The notes below the pieces were generated by a model, which was given only the letters and a program-made list of their open reading frames with translations, was not told the DNA's origin and made no database searches. A stretch of DNA of 64,000 nucleotides from the NCBI GenBank assembly GCA_003427395.1, contig BFEA01000023.1:1505801-1569800 (forward strand). Direction: 5' to 3'. A program made the translations under genes and the position numbers. This document shows positions 25,276 to 38,005 of the stretch, in pieces. The DNA is from Chara braunii (Eukaryota; Plantae; Charophyceae). Numbering within the stretch: position 1 is the stretch's first letter; the number at the start of each line of letters is the position of its first letter.

Positions 25276-26680
25276 NNNNNNNNNNNNNNNNNNNNNNNNN
25301 NNNNNNNNNNNNNNNNNNNNNNNNNNNNNNNNNNNNNNNNNNNNNNNNNNNNNNNNNNNNNNNNNNNNNNNNNNNNNNNNNNNNNNNNNNNNNNNNNNNN
25401 NNNNNNNGCCAACCCCCACCCACCTCCATCCCCCAAACATATATTTTTTTTTTTTTTGCACACACCCCATTCTGTTTTTTTTTTTTCTTCTTTTTTGAAG
25501 GCGCGGGGTTGTAGAAGGCCCCCCACCACCCCTCTCCCGCCCGACCGTCCCGGCCTCCACGTGGGCGGAAACCCTGTGAATGGTCGTTCACAGAATTCCG
25601 CCCCCGTGACCGGCCGATCATGTTCAAGTGACCGGCGCCGGTCACGTTCACAGGACCGGCACTGGCAATACCATTAACTCGTACAGACCGTACCTGGTCT
25701 GGAAAGCCGTTTTGAGCTGGTCCTCGGGTCTAATAGCAATTTGATGGTATCCGGGCTTCATACCTATTTTTGTGAAGTACCGACATCCCTGCACTATATC
25801 CAATAGATCATTGATGCGAGGTAGGGGCTCCGCGTTCTTAACAGTGATGGCATTGAGGCCCCTATAGTCAATGCACATCCTTGGGGACCTCCCTTCTTAG
25901 GAACAAATAGGATTGGAGCATCATAAAGGGAGGTACTAGGCCAAATCCATCCCTTTTTTGTGAGCTCTTTGAGCTGGAGGCGGAGCTCATCCAACTCCGC
26001 AGGAGACATCCTATAGATTCGTCCTCTACGTAACTTACTACCTGGGACGATCTCTATTGCATGGACAACCTCACTTTCCACCACACCACTGGCCCACTGG
26101 GCTCCTCATAAAGATTTGAATACTGTGCGACGACTGCTTTTGTTTCTGGGGGTGATTTTACAGCCTTCCCTTTCTCAGAGACAAAGACTAAGTATATGTC
26201 TTCCTCGCAATTTTGTTTATAGTAGTTATAGAAGGAAGATGCACACATGCACCCGTAGTTTTCCACTAGATTGTTGGCTTTAAACTTCTGCAGTCTAACG
26301 GTTCTACCGTTGGGCAACTTGTGGATCATCATTTCTATCCCAATCGAATTGAGGTTGAGCAACGTCGAGGTAGTACATACCTAGCAGCATGTCCAATGGC
26401 ATTTCGTCGCTAACAAGGAGCGAGATTTTATGTCTCAGTTCCCCTCCTCCATAGGGGAAGGTGGAGACTACGTTCTTGACATAGTCTTGTACAACCATGC
26501 GATGTTTGTTGGCTAGCGTTGATGCTACAAATCTATTGAGCCCCTGCACTTGTTCCCCTAAGCGCAGCCTATCCACACAAGCACGACTGATGAAGTTTCG
26601 TGTAGAGCCTACGTCTGGGACGAGACCCACTTTGCAGTCACCTACATCAACCTCTTTCGCGAAATGTTCACCCCTAGGAC
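22520..26680 (-). pseudogene. pol: pol pseudogene (protease, RT, RNase H, integrase, chromodomain)
   Basis: PR DVGSTRNFIS; RT CIDYRGLN, GYHQI, KTAF, MPFGLCNAP; RH FVVTTNAS; IN CHDATGHFG..CQVC, IVSDRD, YFGPWEV; chromodomain IDGIVEHR...YRVRF...EDRWF. Multiple frameshifts. Confidence 0.93.
24831..25664. mobile_element. Non-autonomous TIR element (hAT-like) inserted in RT
   Basis: Ends CAGTG...CACTG with degenerate 8-bp TSD gcatcacc/gcaatacc. Splits RT between YELMV and MPFGL. Contains (GA)n and an assembly gap. Confidence 0.8.
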
Positions 26681-26929
26681 CTTAACTAATCATCGCCCAA
26701 AAGCTTTTGGGGTCCTTCCCTAACCACTCAGTATGTAACGCTTCTAGGGACTCAGACTCGTATCTCGAACAGAGCATCGGTGGGTCCGAATGTGTCTGCG
26801 GGACGATGGATGGGTCACTAGCCTTGGCCAATGCCCGAAGTGGTGAAGGCAACGTTACCACTTCAGCACGAGTAAGAGCGGCTAACACTCCTACTGGCCC
26901 AAGGTGTTTCCTTGCGAGGGCTCGAAGAT

Positions 26930-28804
26930 AAGCCCACCACTATTGGAAAGGCTACCTTCATGGTGACCTTTTTGCCTCGGCATGTCTGAGACGTGTGGCC
27001 ATAGTTGCCACAGCTCAGACAAGTACCCCTACCAACTCAGTCCCTCCATACCTCATAATCTAAACCAAGTTTTACCCATGCAGGTGTTCCTTGATAGCCT
27101 TGACCCTTGGACCGGCCTACCTTCTCCTTCCCGATCCCCCTAGTTTTTTCTTTAATAGGCGCCACGACTCCCCCATCCGAAGTCTTGCTGGCCCCATCCT
27201 ACTCTGGCTCATCCCTATAGTCTGGGAAGTCGTCTATCTCAGTTGTCTGACCATCACGGTCGACGAACATGAGATTGCCTTTTTTCTTCCAGTCTTGGGG
27301 AAGTTTCTTCTTCCTACCATCTAACTGACCTTGATGCACCGACCCAAGCTCAGTTTGTGTGTCTAAGGCCTTCTTGTTGAAAGAAGTGGACATTATGTAC
27401 TTCGATGTTGGCCTCATCCACCAGCTTATTCTTGGCATCTGTAGGCAAACATCTCAAATAGTCTGTGAGGAGCACCTGTGGGTCATAGCGCACACCTGGT
27501 ACTACGATCAATCGTTCTACGACGCCTTTGACTTCGCGTACAGTCCGGTACCATTTGGAACTGAGACTGTTGATCGCGTTAGAGGCCTTTTGAGCCCCTT
27601 AAGAGATGTCACCTATTGTACATAGTTCGTACAAAGTCTTCCAATGCCTGGGCCTGGGCCCAGGCATCGAAGTTCTGACTATAACCCTGTTGTTGCACCA
27701 ACCCGTTTAACCATCGTGTTGCCGATCCCTCTAGAAAGGAGATAGCGACTATAACTTCCTGCTCTGGACTTGTGAGTTTGTGCCCTCACATAAGTGGGCA
27801 CAGTCCTCACCCAGGTGTCCAAGTTCACATCCTTCTTCCTGTCACCAGAAAAAGGCTTGGGACTCAGCAAGGGGCTCTTGGGCATCCACTGCATAGGTTG
27901 CATTGGCCAGGAGATTGTTGCAGTGGCTGCATAGCCACTGAGACAAGTTGTTGCACGCTAATCTCACCCTGCCCTGACTGTGGTACTGTAGCTGCCACCG
28001 TTCTCAATGGCATGGGAGAAGTACTAAGGACCGGACCACTACTTGCTACTAAACCACCTGTTGGAAGCATGCCAAACATGGGAGAAAAGGAGGGTCGTAC
28101 CGGCAACGGCATCACTAAGGGACCCGCAGCCGAAGGGGGAGCTACAACATACTGAGGCTGCCTCATCATTGGGCGAGGAGCCTGCAGTGCGGCCAGAATC
28201 CAGTTCTGGCCAGCCACCAGTTCAACCAGCACTTACTAATGCACAACCTGCGTTTCTGCCACGCAAAGGAGCGAGCTACGCAGTGTTTGCAACGCAGGGT
28301 CAAGTATCAACTCATCTAGTGCCTCCGATCTATACTCTTGCCTCCTCCTCCCTAGGCTAGCCTTTCTCAATATGACTCTTGCTGTGGCTAATCATGAAGA
28401 GTTTTTGCTTGGAGAATCTGATAACCCTCCGGTGTGAGTTGAGTCTGTTGCCTGACTTGCAAACCAGCAGGTTGACTAACGGAAACCTAAGAGATACCTT
28501 GGCTAGCTCTGGACGAAATGGCCTGGGACACGGCCTGGGCCATAGTAGAGGCAGTAGCCATTATGGCCTCGGCGTGGACTCTAACGTCCGCTGCTCGAGC
28601 TGCTGCTAGTGTCCTCTCCGTGTTGGCTGTTGCTGCCCTATCCCTCTCTAATGTCGCCCGTTGCCTGGCTTCAATCCGCAGCCTCCTTTCCTCTCCCGGA
28701 CTTAACTCCTGGAAAGTGATAGGTTGACTGAGAGCGGTTCTACGGGTGACTCTAAGAGGTTCCACTAGTCGTTCCTCCTCCTCACTACTGCCTGCATCAC
28801 TCAT
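26930..28804 (-). pseudogene. gag: gag pseudogene with CCHC zinc knuckle
   Basis: Fragmented ORFs from MSDAGSSEEE; capsid-like PKPFSGDRKKDVNLDTW; CLSCGNYGHTSQTC (CX2CX4HX4C) at ~26980-27021. Confidence 0.85.
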
Positions 28805-30052
28805 GAGCTACAGTGTGTGTGATCTAAACTAGAATCCACACTGAATCCTACCTCAGCATGACATCCAACTAAGTATGATATTCTACTAGTTTCGGTCAGC
28901 CTGGAGAGCAGTAGTCAAGTGGTAAACTGAGATCCTACAGGCCATATTAATTTTATTTTTGGGGTACTCTGGAACAGAATGCATGCAGCAAAGAATACTA
29001 ACTATCGGCAGCAGTCTGTTAGTTGTCAATCAAGTCCGCAACAACTAAATAATCAAAAATAAAATTGTGTCACCTATAGAGATGCATGTTGGATGGACTA
29101 TTTTCTAATTAGTTCCTCTACGAACATTTACCGGAATCCCCCCTCTACCAGTATCCTTCTTGAGTGGTCACTTTGTGTCAACGCCCTGAGCATCTGGTTG
29201 AGCGGCGTGTCTGAAGGTGTGCAATCCAGCCCACCCCTCTGCCCCAAGTCTATGCTGAACCTGCCAGCCCCTGCACCTTATTTCCCCTCGCATGTCCGGT
29301 TGATCTGCCTGATCAAGAGGCAGTTTGAGGACAGCCCTCGAGGTCCTCGGGAATTATTTAATGTCGCAGACAGGACGACGATCACAGCCAGGGTTCAATC
29401 CGGAACCCGCCAGAAACATTTACAGAGCGTCTGGTAAGCGTATGTTCAAAGGGCTGGCATGCCCGGCATGACCTCTATTGCGCAGCAGAAGAACCAAGGA
29501 CTTGCGGCGAAGCATGCGTGTAGTAGTCCCAGCGGGTTGGCATGGTGACCGTGACCCGAGTGCTTCGTCCAGGGCACTTCAGATTCGCCTGTCACCCACC
29601 AGCTTGCTGCCCAGGAAGAATGTTGACTCTCAAGGTTAAGCGCTCATGACACCTCACAATGAGAGAACTCTCAAGGCAGGACTCACTTCCTCACAGTAAG
29701 AAGTAATAGAGAGGGTAGATAAGGCAGAGAGCAACGTAGCTGATAATGCTGCGCCCATCCACAGATTTCTCACCGGCAACCTGACGTGCATTTATGATGA
29801 TCGGTCTTTGCCTCGGCACAACAAACAGCAGAATGCAGTTCCACCTCGGCTTAAATGCCACATCGGCGAGCTCTCATCATCCAGCGTACACCCCTATGTC
29901 ACCACATAGCCTTCCTAGTGCGCCCACACGACCCTCGGCCGCCTATCGTTCAACGCCCAAGCCTTATCACTGCCCCACACCTCATGCGAAGCACCGAACA
30001 GCTATTGCGAAGAACCAATGAAGTGCAGTTCGATACCAAATTGGAAGGAAAA

Positions 30053-31029
30053 TGAGCAATAACGAGATGACAATATCCAGATTGCACAATCACATTGAAA
30101 GCCAGAAAGTAGCACAGTGTCCAGAAAGCAGCATTGCACCAATATAACACCAGTGGAGAATAGTAACACTGAAAACCAAATGTCAATGAGATCTTGCCCT
30201 CGCCACCACCAACATAAGTGTCCAGGCCCTTCTCCCTACTTAGGCTCGGTGTCCAGCCTACTTCCTACACAGCTACTGTCTGCCTACTAATTGAAAATGC
30301 AACTGTTGACGTCAGGAGCCCACGAAGTACTTGAAGATGTCACCCAATGCAGACCATCGCCAATACCAGGTATGTGCCCTCACATCATCATCATCATCAT
30401 CCTTCTCTCTCTCCCTCGACTTACACCCACATCTTCCTTCTGTATACCCGAAGACCACCTCTGCGCCTCACTGTAGTCCAAGCCCCCGCCAGCTATGGAG
30501 GCTGGGCTATGGCTCTGCCCTCAGCAGCGCCCTACTACGTGCACGACTGCACGCACACAGCACTTGCCCTTAGCGCACAGCAGCACGGGAGCCTACACTG
30601 CGCTGCCGCACAAACTGGCAAGTGCCTGAATGAGCCTCCAGGCAGCGCTCTTTCCTATATGGAAAGAGTCTGCCTACCCCGGCGGCCTGGCTGGGCTGGG
30701 CCTGTGCCCAGAAGCTTCCGGTAGGCCCCAGGAAGCTGTGCCTCGATTGCAGCTGCTGGGCCTCCTTCGGTTGGCCCTCCCAACTGTCTGTGTATGATCC
30801 TGCTATTCTTGCCCAGGGCCTGCATTTCAGGAAAGGCCTGGAAGGCCGTCGAAAATCTTCGCTGCTCGGGCCTGGGTTCTCTCAACCAACTGGCGCGTCA
30901 CAACTGCCTCGACCCCAAATACGAAATTGACAGCAATGGGCTCTCGGGATTTGTTAGGCCCGTCTTCACTTAGGGTGGGCACATCTGTATCAGGCCCCCT
31001 CAGGCCTGCTGAGGACCCAGATCCGCGCA
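30053..31029 (-). repeat. 5' LTR
   Basis: Direct repeat of 21479-22488, from tgagcaataacgagatgac to gacccagatccgcgca. Confidence 0.93.
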
Positions 31030-31504
31030 GAAAGAGGAAAAGAGGGAAAAAAAGAAACAAAGAGAAAAGAAAAAAGGAAATAAAGAAGAAACAACAATCT
31101 TTGATTGAATCATTACGAGGAGAAAGGCAGCCGTCCGCATGAGTTCAAGCATGACCGCAGAAGAACTCGTCTACTCATGCTGCAGATTTGCCACTGCATT
31201 CCTCCTGGGGATTCTTCCGAGTCCTCCTGGAAGGGTCTTCTTCGTTTTTTCCGTCTTCCCTCTTTTTCTTCCCTCCTGCTTATGTGTGTGTGTGTGTGTG
31301 TGTGTGTGTGAGACTGTCACCAGGGCAAACCCTTCACCGCTCAGACGAAACAGCTTTACCTTTTTACCCAAGAACTGTTGAAATACAGACCCAAGTTCGA
31401 ATCCAAATGGTGATGGAATCAGCTGAATGAAACTATATATCAGAATAACATGGGGCCGGTCAGCTCAATGACGATATCTCAAGACCGTCNCCCTTCCTTT
31501 AGGG

Positions 31505-31537
<33 letters not shown>

Positions 31538-32395
31538 CCTTGCCTTAATCTTCTATCAAGTAATATATAACATTTTAAATGTTATAGTCCGAGAGGTGCA
31601 TCGTCCAACAGGCCAGTCGATTGACCGTGGAATGCCTTCCCACCAGTTCGCTTTTGAGCAGACATCCACCTTATGAGTTATATTTTCTGCTCTCTTAGAG
31701 ACGTTCATCGTATGCATTCAGTAGTTCTGCGCGAGGGAAGGGAGGAGAGGAAGGGGAGGGAGAGGGAAGGAGAGGAGAGGAGAGGGGAGGGGAGGAGGGG
31801 AGGGGAGGGAGAGAGGAGTGTGGAGAGCGGAGAAGAACAGGTGGAAGAGGAACCTCTTAGGCTCCTCAACGCTCGCCAGCAGAGAAGACTGTTAAAAAAA
31901 AAAAGGAAAAAAAAAAAAAGGGTAGAGACTGGCACAAGAGGCCAGTCAGGAGTTGGCCTGCGGAGAAAAGTGACCCGAGTAGCCGGAGGCGGAGCTTTTT
32001 AGCAGTGCATATCGGGTGCGGGGCCCACGAACGAAGAGGACTGGATATAACGCATGTATATGGACGTGTTTGCTGAAGAGTAGCGAAGAGGAGTGGATAT
32101 AACGCATGAATATGGACGTGTTTGCCGAAGAGTGCAGAAAATCGCGATCTATCTGGTTTCCCGCATCTACGCATAGAACAAGACCAGATTCAGGCGCTTA
32201 ACCCGAATACTCTTTGCTAGAAGTGAGTGGGGACTGCCCCGTGCCCCTGCGACACACGCCCTCCACTCGTACGCCATACGTGTTCCCCAGGGGTCACGTA
32301 CGTGTACGTGTGTACTTGCATTCACGGGTTTTTGTCCATAACTGATGACATCACCAACAATTGTCAACACTGGCGGACGTTAAAATAGTGAATAG

Positions 32396-32489
32396 AAATG
32401 CTCGGTCTTTGCGTTAGCCGGGCCCCCCGACCGGAGGCCCCAACCCTGCACACCCTAAACCACCACCAGGTAGGGCAAGGGCCAACATG
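32396..32489 (+). mobile_element. 3' fragment of the same SINE family
   Basis: aaatgctcggtcttt...ggccccaacc...accaccacc...gggccaacatg matches the 3' end of 55113-55210 (reverse complement). Confidence 0.7.
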
Positions 32490-32766
32490 GAATATCCCCT
32501 TCACCGTGAGAGGTAAAAGCTATGAAGAAGAAGAAATGAAACGAAATGAAGCAATGGCCACATTGCTCTTCACACGCATTCCATGAAAATCGTTTCTTAC
32601 ATACGTGTGTATCGCTCAAACGCTTGCAGGGGTCCGCTGTATAGCCTGAGGAGTACTGATAGGCAGGGTAATGAAAGGCATAAAGTCGAGAGAAAATTTG
32701 ATTGAAAAAAAAATAAAAAACAAAAAAAAAATAAAAAATCGGAAGAAGAGCTTCAGAATCTCTCAC

Positions 32767-33156
32767 CTTTCCTCCACCGCACCATTGCGTGTTGGGGTAG
32801 CCAGGGGGGCACAAGTCGGTGACCGTGAGACGGACGCTAGAGCGTCTGCAGGCTCTGCTGCCGACACACCGGACCTCCAAGCACATTCCGCACGCCAGTC
32901 CTCCCAAATACACTCTCGGCGAACCCGCAGCAAATCGGTTTGCAAACAGTTGGCTTCCAAGTGGCCCATAACCACAAGCTCCGCCGCGACCATGGTCATC
33001 ATAGAAGGTGGAATGACCATTTATCCACGGCCCCCGAGCCGACAGGAGCGGATTGCAAATGCCGCCAATGCTGAAACCCCTCGCACCGCCGACGTGGAAG
33101 CAAGCCAGGGTCAAGACGGCAATGACCGCTACTAGGAAAAGCTTGCTCGTCTTCAT
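32767..33156 (-). CDS. Expansin (alpha-expansin-like), coding exon 1: signal peptide plus most of the DPBB domain
   Basis: MKTSKLFLVAVIAVLTLACF signal peptide, then W..GHSTFY, GGACGYG, CGMCLEVRC, VTDLCPP...WC, which are expansin domain-1 motifs. Ends at donor AAG|GTGAGA. 390 nt, phase 0. Confidence 0.92.
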
Positions 33157-34283
33157 CGTCCTCGTCCTGGCGTCACTTAGCACTCCTTGGCCTGCAGACA
33201 AGGAGAGCCAGGTAGCAGCAGGAGGCAGGTAGCAGCAGGAGCCCCTGAAGAAGAACCACCAGCTTGAGGACAGTCAGACTGTTGCCGTCGACCTGCAATA
33301 CTGTATTACTGTATTGTGCTGCAGCTCCGCTCATCAATTCCTAAGCGGATTGGCTCCCCTCCCCTCCCCTCCCCTCCCCTCCCCTCTGCTGCTTGGAAAA
33401 ATGTAGCGGCCTGCAAAACGAAGAGAAAATGGTCACAAACAGTCACACGTACGCGACAGCTAGCCGACACCACCCCACCTTGGGGTGCGCAGCGGCTGCA
33501 GAATCCGCCCAGGAGGGTTTTTTTTTTTTTTTTTTTTTTTGGTGAACCCACGAGTTCCCCCCGCACGGGGGGGCGGGGTGGAAAAGTAGCGCCCTGCAAA
33601 ACGGAAAGAAAACGATCGCAAACATCGCGGCCTGCAAAACGGAAACAACACGGTCACCAAAACATTGCCCCTGCTTGGAATCGTAGCGGCCTGCAAAACG
33701 GAAATGAAAACGGTCACACAAACAACCTTCACCCGTACAACAAATTCCAGCTGCATCCGTTTCCGCGTTTCACTGACTTTCACTGAGCACGCCATCTGAA
33801 AAGATCTTTCCCATGCATCTGAACGTACAATGCATCTGGTCATATACGTACAATGTGACGTGTAAGCGTCAAGGTTATGAGCCGCTGCGCCAATATGCCA
33901 AATGGAGCGACACGTGTAACTTATGCGCTCCACAAGCCAATCCAACGGTCGAGAGATCAAAATGACTCGACGATCCGATCATCGCGATCAGTTTACGCCC
34001 TTCACCAGCCAATCCAACGGTCGAGAGATCGATCCTCGATCCGACCATCGGTCGGATCAATCCCTTCGGACGAGAGGCTGGACAGGTCGCACTATGAAGT
34101 GTTTTTTTTTCGTTTTTTTTTTTTTAAAGGTCGCACTATGAAGTATGATCCACCAATCAAGCACAAGATTGATAGGGCTTGCTTAATTGCACCTCCCCCG
34201 CGATCAGCCAAGATCTTGAATGCATCTGGACATGCGGCGACCTGTCCTTCAGCATTTACAGGAAAATGTTTTTTTTTCCTATT

Positions 34284-34410
34284 AAAAAAAAATCGACCAT
34301 TTCTCGATCTATGCGTGTCATCCTTGCGCAGAGGGGGGGGGGGGGGCATGCTCGCTAATATTCTCTTTCTCTGTATCGTTCCAATTTTAACGGATGGCCC
34401 GACGAAGGAA
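34284..34410 (-). pseudogene. U6: U6 snRNA pseudogene
   Basis: catccgttaaaattggaacgatACAGAGA...attagc...tgcgcaaggatgacacgcatagatcgagaaatggtc followed by oligo-T matches plant U6. Insertions after ACAGAGA and a poly-C expansion lie in the catalytic region. Confidence 0.88.
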
Positions 34411-35505
34411 ATGCATTTAAAATCTTGGCGGATGTAGCGTGTTGCAACGACAGTCGTCCCCCGAACACAACGCACCTTCATTTTGACTGTATCGGGCCGC
34501 AAACATACCTTGTATACGTACGTTACTACGTTCATTTTTCAGGGCGCGTTATATTCGGCGGAAGACGGTTGGACCAAAATGGGCCTCACGCCACCATTCT
34601 TGATTGTGTGCGAAAGTCGAGAGAAGGTTTACAAAAAAAAACTAAATAAAACATAATTTAAAATTAAAAAAAAAAAAAAAAACAGTCGAGAGTTGGTTGG
34701 GAGTTGTCAGACTCTCCCAAAAAAAAAAAAAAAAAAAAGAGTTGTCAGACTCTATAAAAACACCTTTTCGGCTTTGTCTCGAGTTTTTCCCCTCTCCAAC
34801 TAGTCTCCGTTCTTTTCTTTTTTTTTTTTTTGGTCTGCTGTTTTGAGCAGATGACGACGGAAGGGTTGGGCTACTTAGCCGGCGGAAAAAGGCGGAAAAA
34901 AGAAAAGAAAAAAAAATGTGAGAGATAATGGCCAGCCGGATCCAGCATGTCATCTGTGCGGCAAAGATGCAAGATAAGTATAAGCTCCCCCGCGCCTCCT
35001 CACTTGAGTCGGCCAGATGCAGACGTGCCGAGATTGCCAGAAGCAGACTCCCGAAACATTGCGGCTGGTATTCCCCCTGATCCCACTCTTTTTTTTTTCC
35101 TTTTTTTTTTCCACGCGTAGACGCTGAGCGATTGGCCTCGCTTATTCAAATTCTTATTCTTCTTCTTCTTCTTCTTCTTTCCCCTCAATTTTTTACTCTC
35201 TCTCTCTCTCTCGGTGTCTCTATACAGACAAACCTTTCCCTACCTGGCTATATTATGGTTAATTTCAGCTTAAATGCTAAACGCAATGTCATGCAAACGT
35301 CAGCAAACAGATCAAAAATCCGAATCCTCTCCTCGGTCAAATCCGACGCGAATACCACCTCTTTCCCCGATGGAGGGCTGACCCCCGAGAAATGATGCAA
35401 TCGATCCGCCAACGAGGGGCAAGGCAAGCCTGACCGGATACAAAGTTCCAAGATCCCCTTGGCCACATCACGTTGAACACGAAAGCCTGGCGATCATGTT
35501 AGCTA

Positions 35506-35611
35506 CCCTCTTTACCCCAATACAACCCCCGGTCATTATCTCGGTATGTAGACTGAATGCTGCCACAAATACAGCCTTACTGACCGGGAGTTCTATTAGG
35601 ATGAAGACGGG
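35506..35611. mobile_element. Hairpin MITE, same family
   Basis: TA-flanked; ccggtcatta...tgaccgg...ttctatt.ggatgaagacgg. Confidence 0.75.
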
Positions 35612-36023
35612 TAGCTCAAATACCCCCCATGAAAAAAAAAAAAAAAAAAATGGACACGGAGCCAGCGGGTTGAAGACGAAAGCCATATGGAGCCCAACTC
35701 ATGCCCACGGCCGGAGTGCTTATCGCGAGAGAGGCACTGAGGTACAAATCAGGGGAGGAGGGGGAAGGAGGGACAACGGTTATAGCAGGGGGTACCACTT
35801 CGTGCAGCCCTCCTCACCAATCGCTTCGTGGGGTTTATAGCAATCGCAATTGAGGCAGCAGATATATCGACTCTATTACTTACCAGCAGGGCTTTCCATC
35901 GCCTCGTCGCACAGGCAATTAAAGACGCAGTCTATAGGTTCCCTTCAAACTGAAAACCGACCAAGTTCACATCTCTTTCTCTCAATAGGTCCCCTCCGAA
36001 CAGAAAACCGACCAAGTTCAAAA

Positions 36024-36100
<77 letters not shown>

Positions 36101-37908
36101 GCACGCACGTATGCACGTATCCACGTATGGAAAGTAAGATGTCGGGTGAGATCGAGTGAACTAACATACTAGTGCATCGAGGAGTGGTTCTGCCAGCAAT
36201 TAGGAACGCCTACCTTCCGACAATGCTGAGGACACCACTCGGTCCGTAAGTCGGCCTGAGAGGTGGCTGAGGCGAACGGAGAAATGCCAAGATGCCGCTC
36301 TTCTCCACTTGTGAGGTCAGCTTTCGCCCAAGCAAGCCAGTCCTATATGCAGATGTTGGCAGAGGGAGCCGATGCAACACACTCCATCAGAAAACAGGCG
36401 CCAATCAATGCCGAAGTTCTCTGAGGTACTCAGGACGCCGCAAATGCGGCGAGAGCTTTCGCGCGCTCCCCCGCTCTAAGGTAGCGAACGACCCTTGCAA
36501 GCTGAAAACTGCAGTTGAGCACGACCCACTATATCCTGTTCTGGTTCTACCACCTTTTTGTCTCGCTTGCCTTCAAGTTGGCGCCCACCTCTGTTGCCAA
36601 ACTGTCGCCCTCCACAAGTCCCGAATTGCGGCTGGACGGTCAGTCGTGTGCCTTCGAATCGGATTGGAACAAGGGGGTAGCGAGATGACAAAAGGGAGCG
36701 AGGTCACGTAGGGGAGCGAGGTGATGGATGGGAGTGAGGAGAACGATGGAGCCAGGAGACTGAAATCAGGGAATGGTTACTCGCAAACGCCCGTCAGAGC
36801 GATGAAAGCGGGGATCAAATCCCACCACCGGTAGCAGTGTTGAGTTTCCTCGACGAGCGAATCTGGACATGTTTGTGGAGATGTACAGAAAGGCGCCTTG
36901 AGTTTCCTCAACCGCACCTCGCGACAAAGACGTCCAGATTCGGGCGTTGAGAAAACTCAATGCCGCACACGATATACTGCATGCATGGATGCATGCATGC
37001 ATGACGTCTGGCAGTTCTTTTCTTCGTATTTCTTGCAAAAGAACGCGGGCACATCTCGTAATCACCAAAGCAATTGCGGGCCTGTAATTGGCAGTGGAAT
37101 AGTTGTTGTTGTTTTTTTTCAGTGGAATAGTTTTTTTTTTATTCAAATAGAATACAAAACCCCCAAAGGAAACAGAAACAGTCAAAGGTCACAGCTTCCG
37201 CCCTGACAACGCCCTTTCAAATTCCTGCCCTTTCCCGCCTCCCGGGCCGTGGTCCCATGAGCAAAGAGCATCGGATTGAATGCCTGAATCTGGATGTGTT
37301 TGAGGACAGGAGCAGGGAATCGAGATCGAACTGTTTTCCGTATCTCTTCACAAAACATAGCCAGCTTCAGGATTTCTAGCCTATCCCCTTTGCTAGTGGG
37401 ACCACGGCCCCGCAAAGTGGCCTGCGCCCTGTCCGTTCCCTGCCTTTATGGACCCACCAGGCCTCGCCGCACGAAACGGACAAAGAACGAGCGCATCTCC
37501 TCACAAAGGCGGCTAGATACAGTCGGAAGGTGCCTCGCTTTTTTCTGTCTTGCGCCGAGGGCTGATGTCACGAATATCTCCGGGCCCACGTTCCAACCCA
37601 CTACTTGGGCTGGGACTTAGGGGGAGGTCCCACGAGCAAAGGGCATCGGATCAAGTGGCCGAATCTGGATGTGTTTCAGGCACAGATGCATAAGAGAAGG
37701 TCAGTTGCGATTTTTTTTTTATTTTTTTTTTTTGTTCTTCACTCAATTTCAGTTGCGATTTTCCGCGCCTCTCCATGTCCAGTTTCTGGCGTATTTTCAA
37801 TCCTTTTTGCTAGTGCGAACTCGCCGTTCCAGTTCGGTCCAATCTGCTCGTAATACTTTCTTGCCGCCATTCTTTGCAGACGAACAGCGCTTCTTCCCTG
37901 CTTCCCTG

Positions 37909-38005
37909 GGGCTAGGTCCCACTTGCACGAATTAAGAGATACTGACCGTAGATAGCAAAGATCAACGGCCGAAATCTCCTAATCCGTGCAAGTGGGACCT
38001 TGCCC
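37909..38005 (+). mobile_element. 97-bp MITE, PIF/Harbinger-like (3-bp CWG TSD)
   Basis: ctg|gggctaggtcccacttgcacg...cgtgcaagtgggaccttgccc|ctg. Confidence 0.8.

Larger units (their letters stand above)
21479..31029 (-). mobile_element. Full-length decayed Ty3/Gypsy LTR retrotransposon (chromovirus)
   Basis: Paired ~1 kb LTRs with TG...CA ends, order gag-PR-RT-RH-IN-chromodomain on the minus strand, and a PPT next to the 3' LTR. Many frameshifts and stops. TSD not clean (aaaaa vs gaaag). Confidence 0.95.
12800..32766 (-). other. Inferred ~20 kb GT-AG intron of the expansin gene, filled with transposable elements
   Basis: Phase-0 donor and acceptor join the two complementary halves of one expansin (WCGGGK|LHLDIS). 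I found no nearer candidate exon. Confidence 0.8.

Noticed and set aside
31311-31355. Hammerhead-like remnant (agactgtc...gacgaaacag)
   Set aside because: Lacks the CUGANGA core and stem II; at most a decayed relic.
32455-32766. C-terminal extension of the 248-aa ORF
   Set aside because: Intron read-through past the GT donor into a T-rich low-complexity tract.
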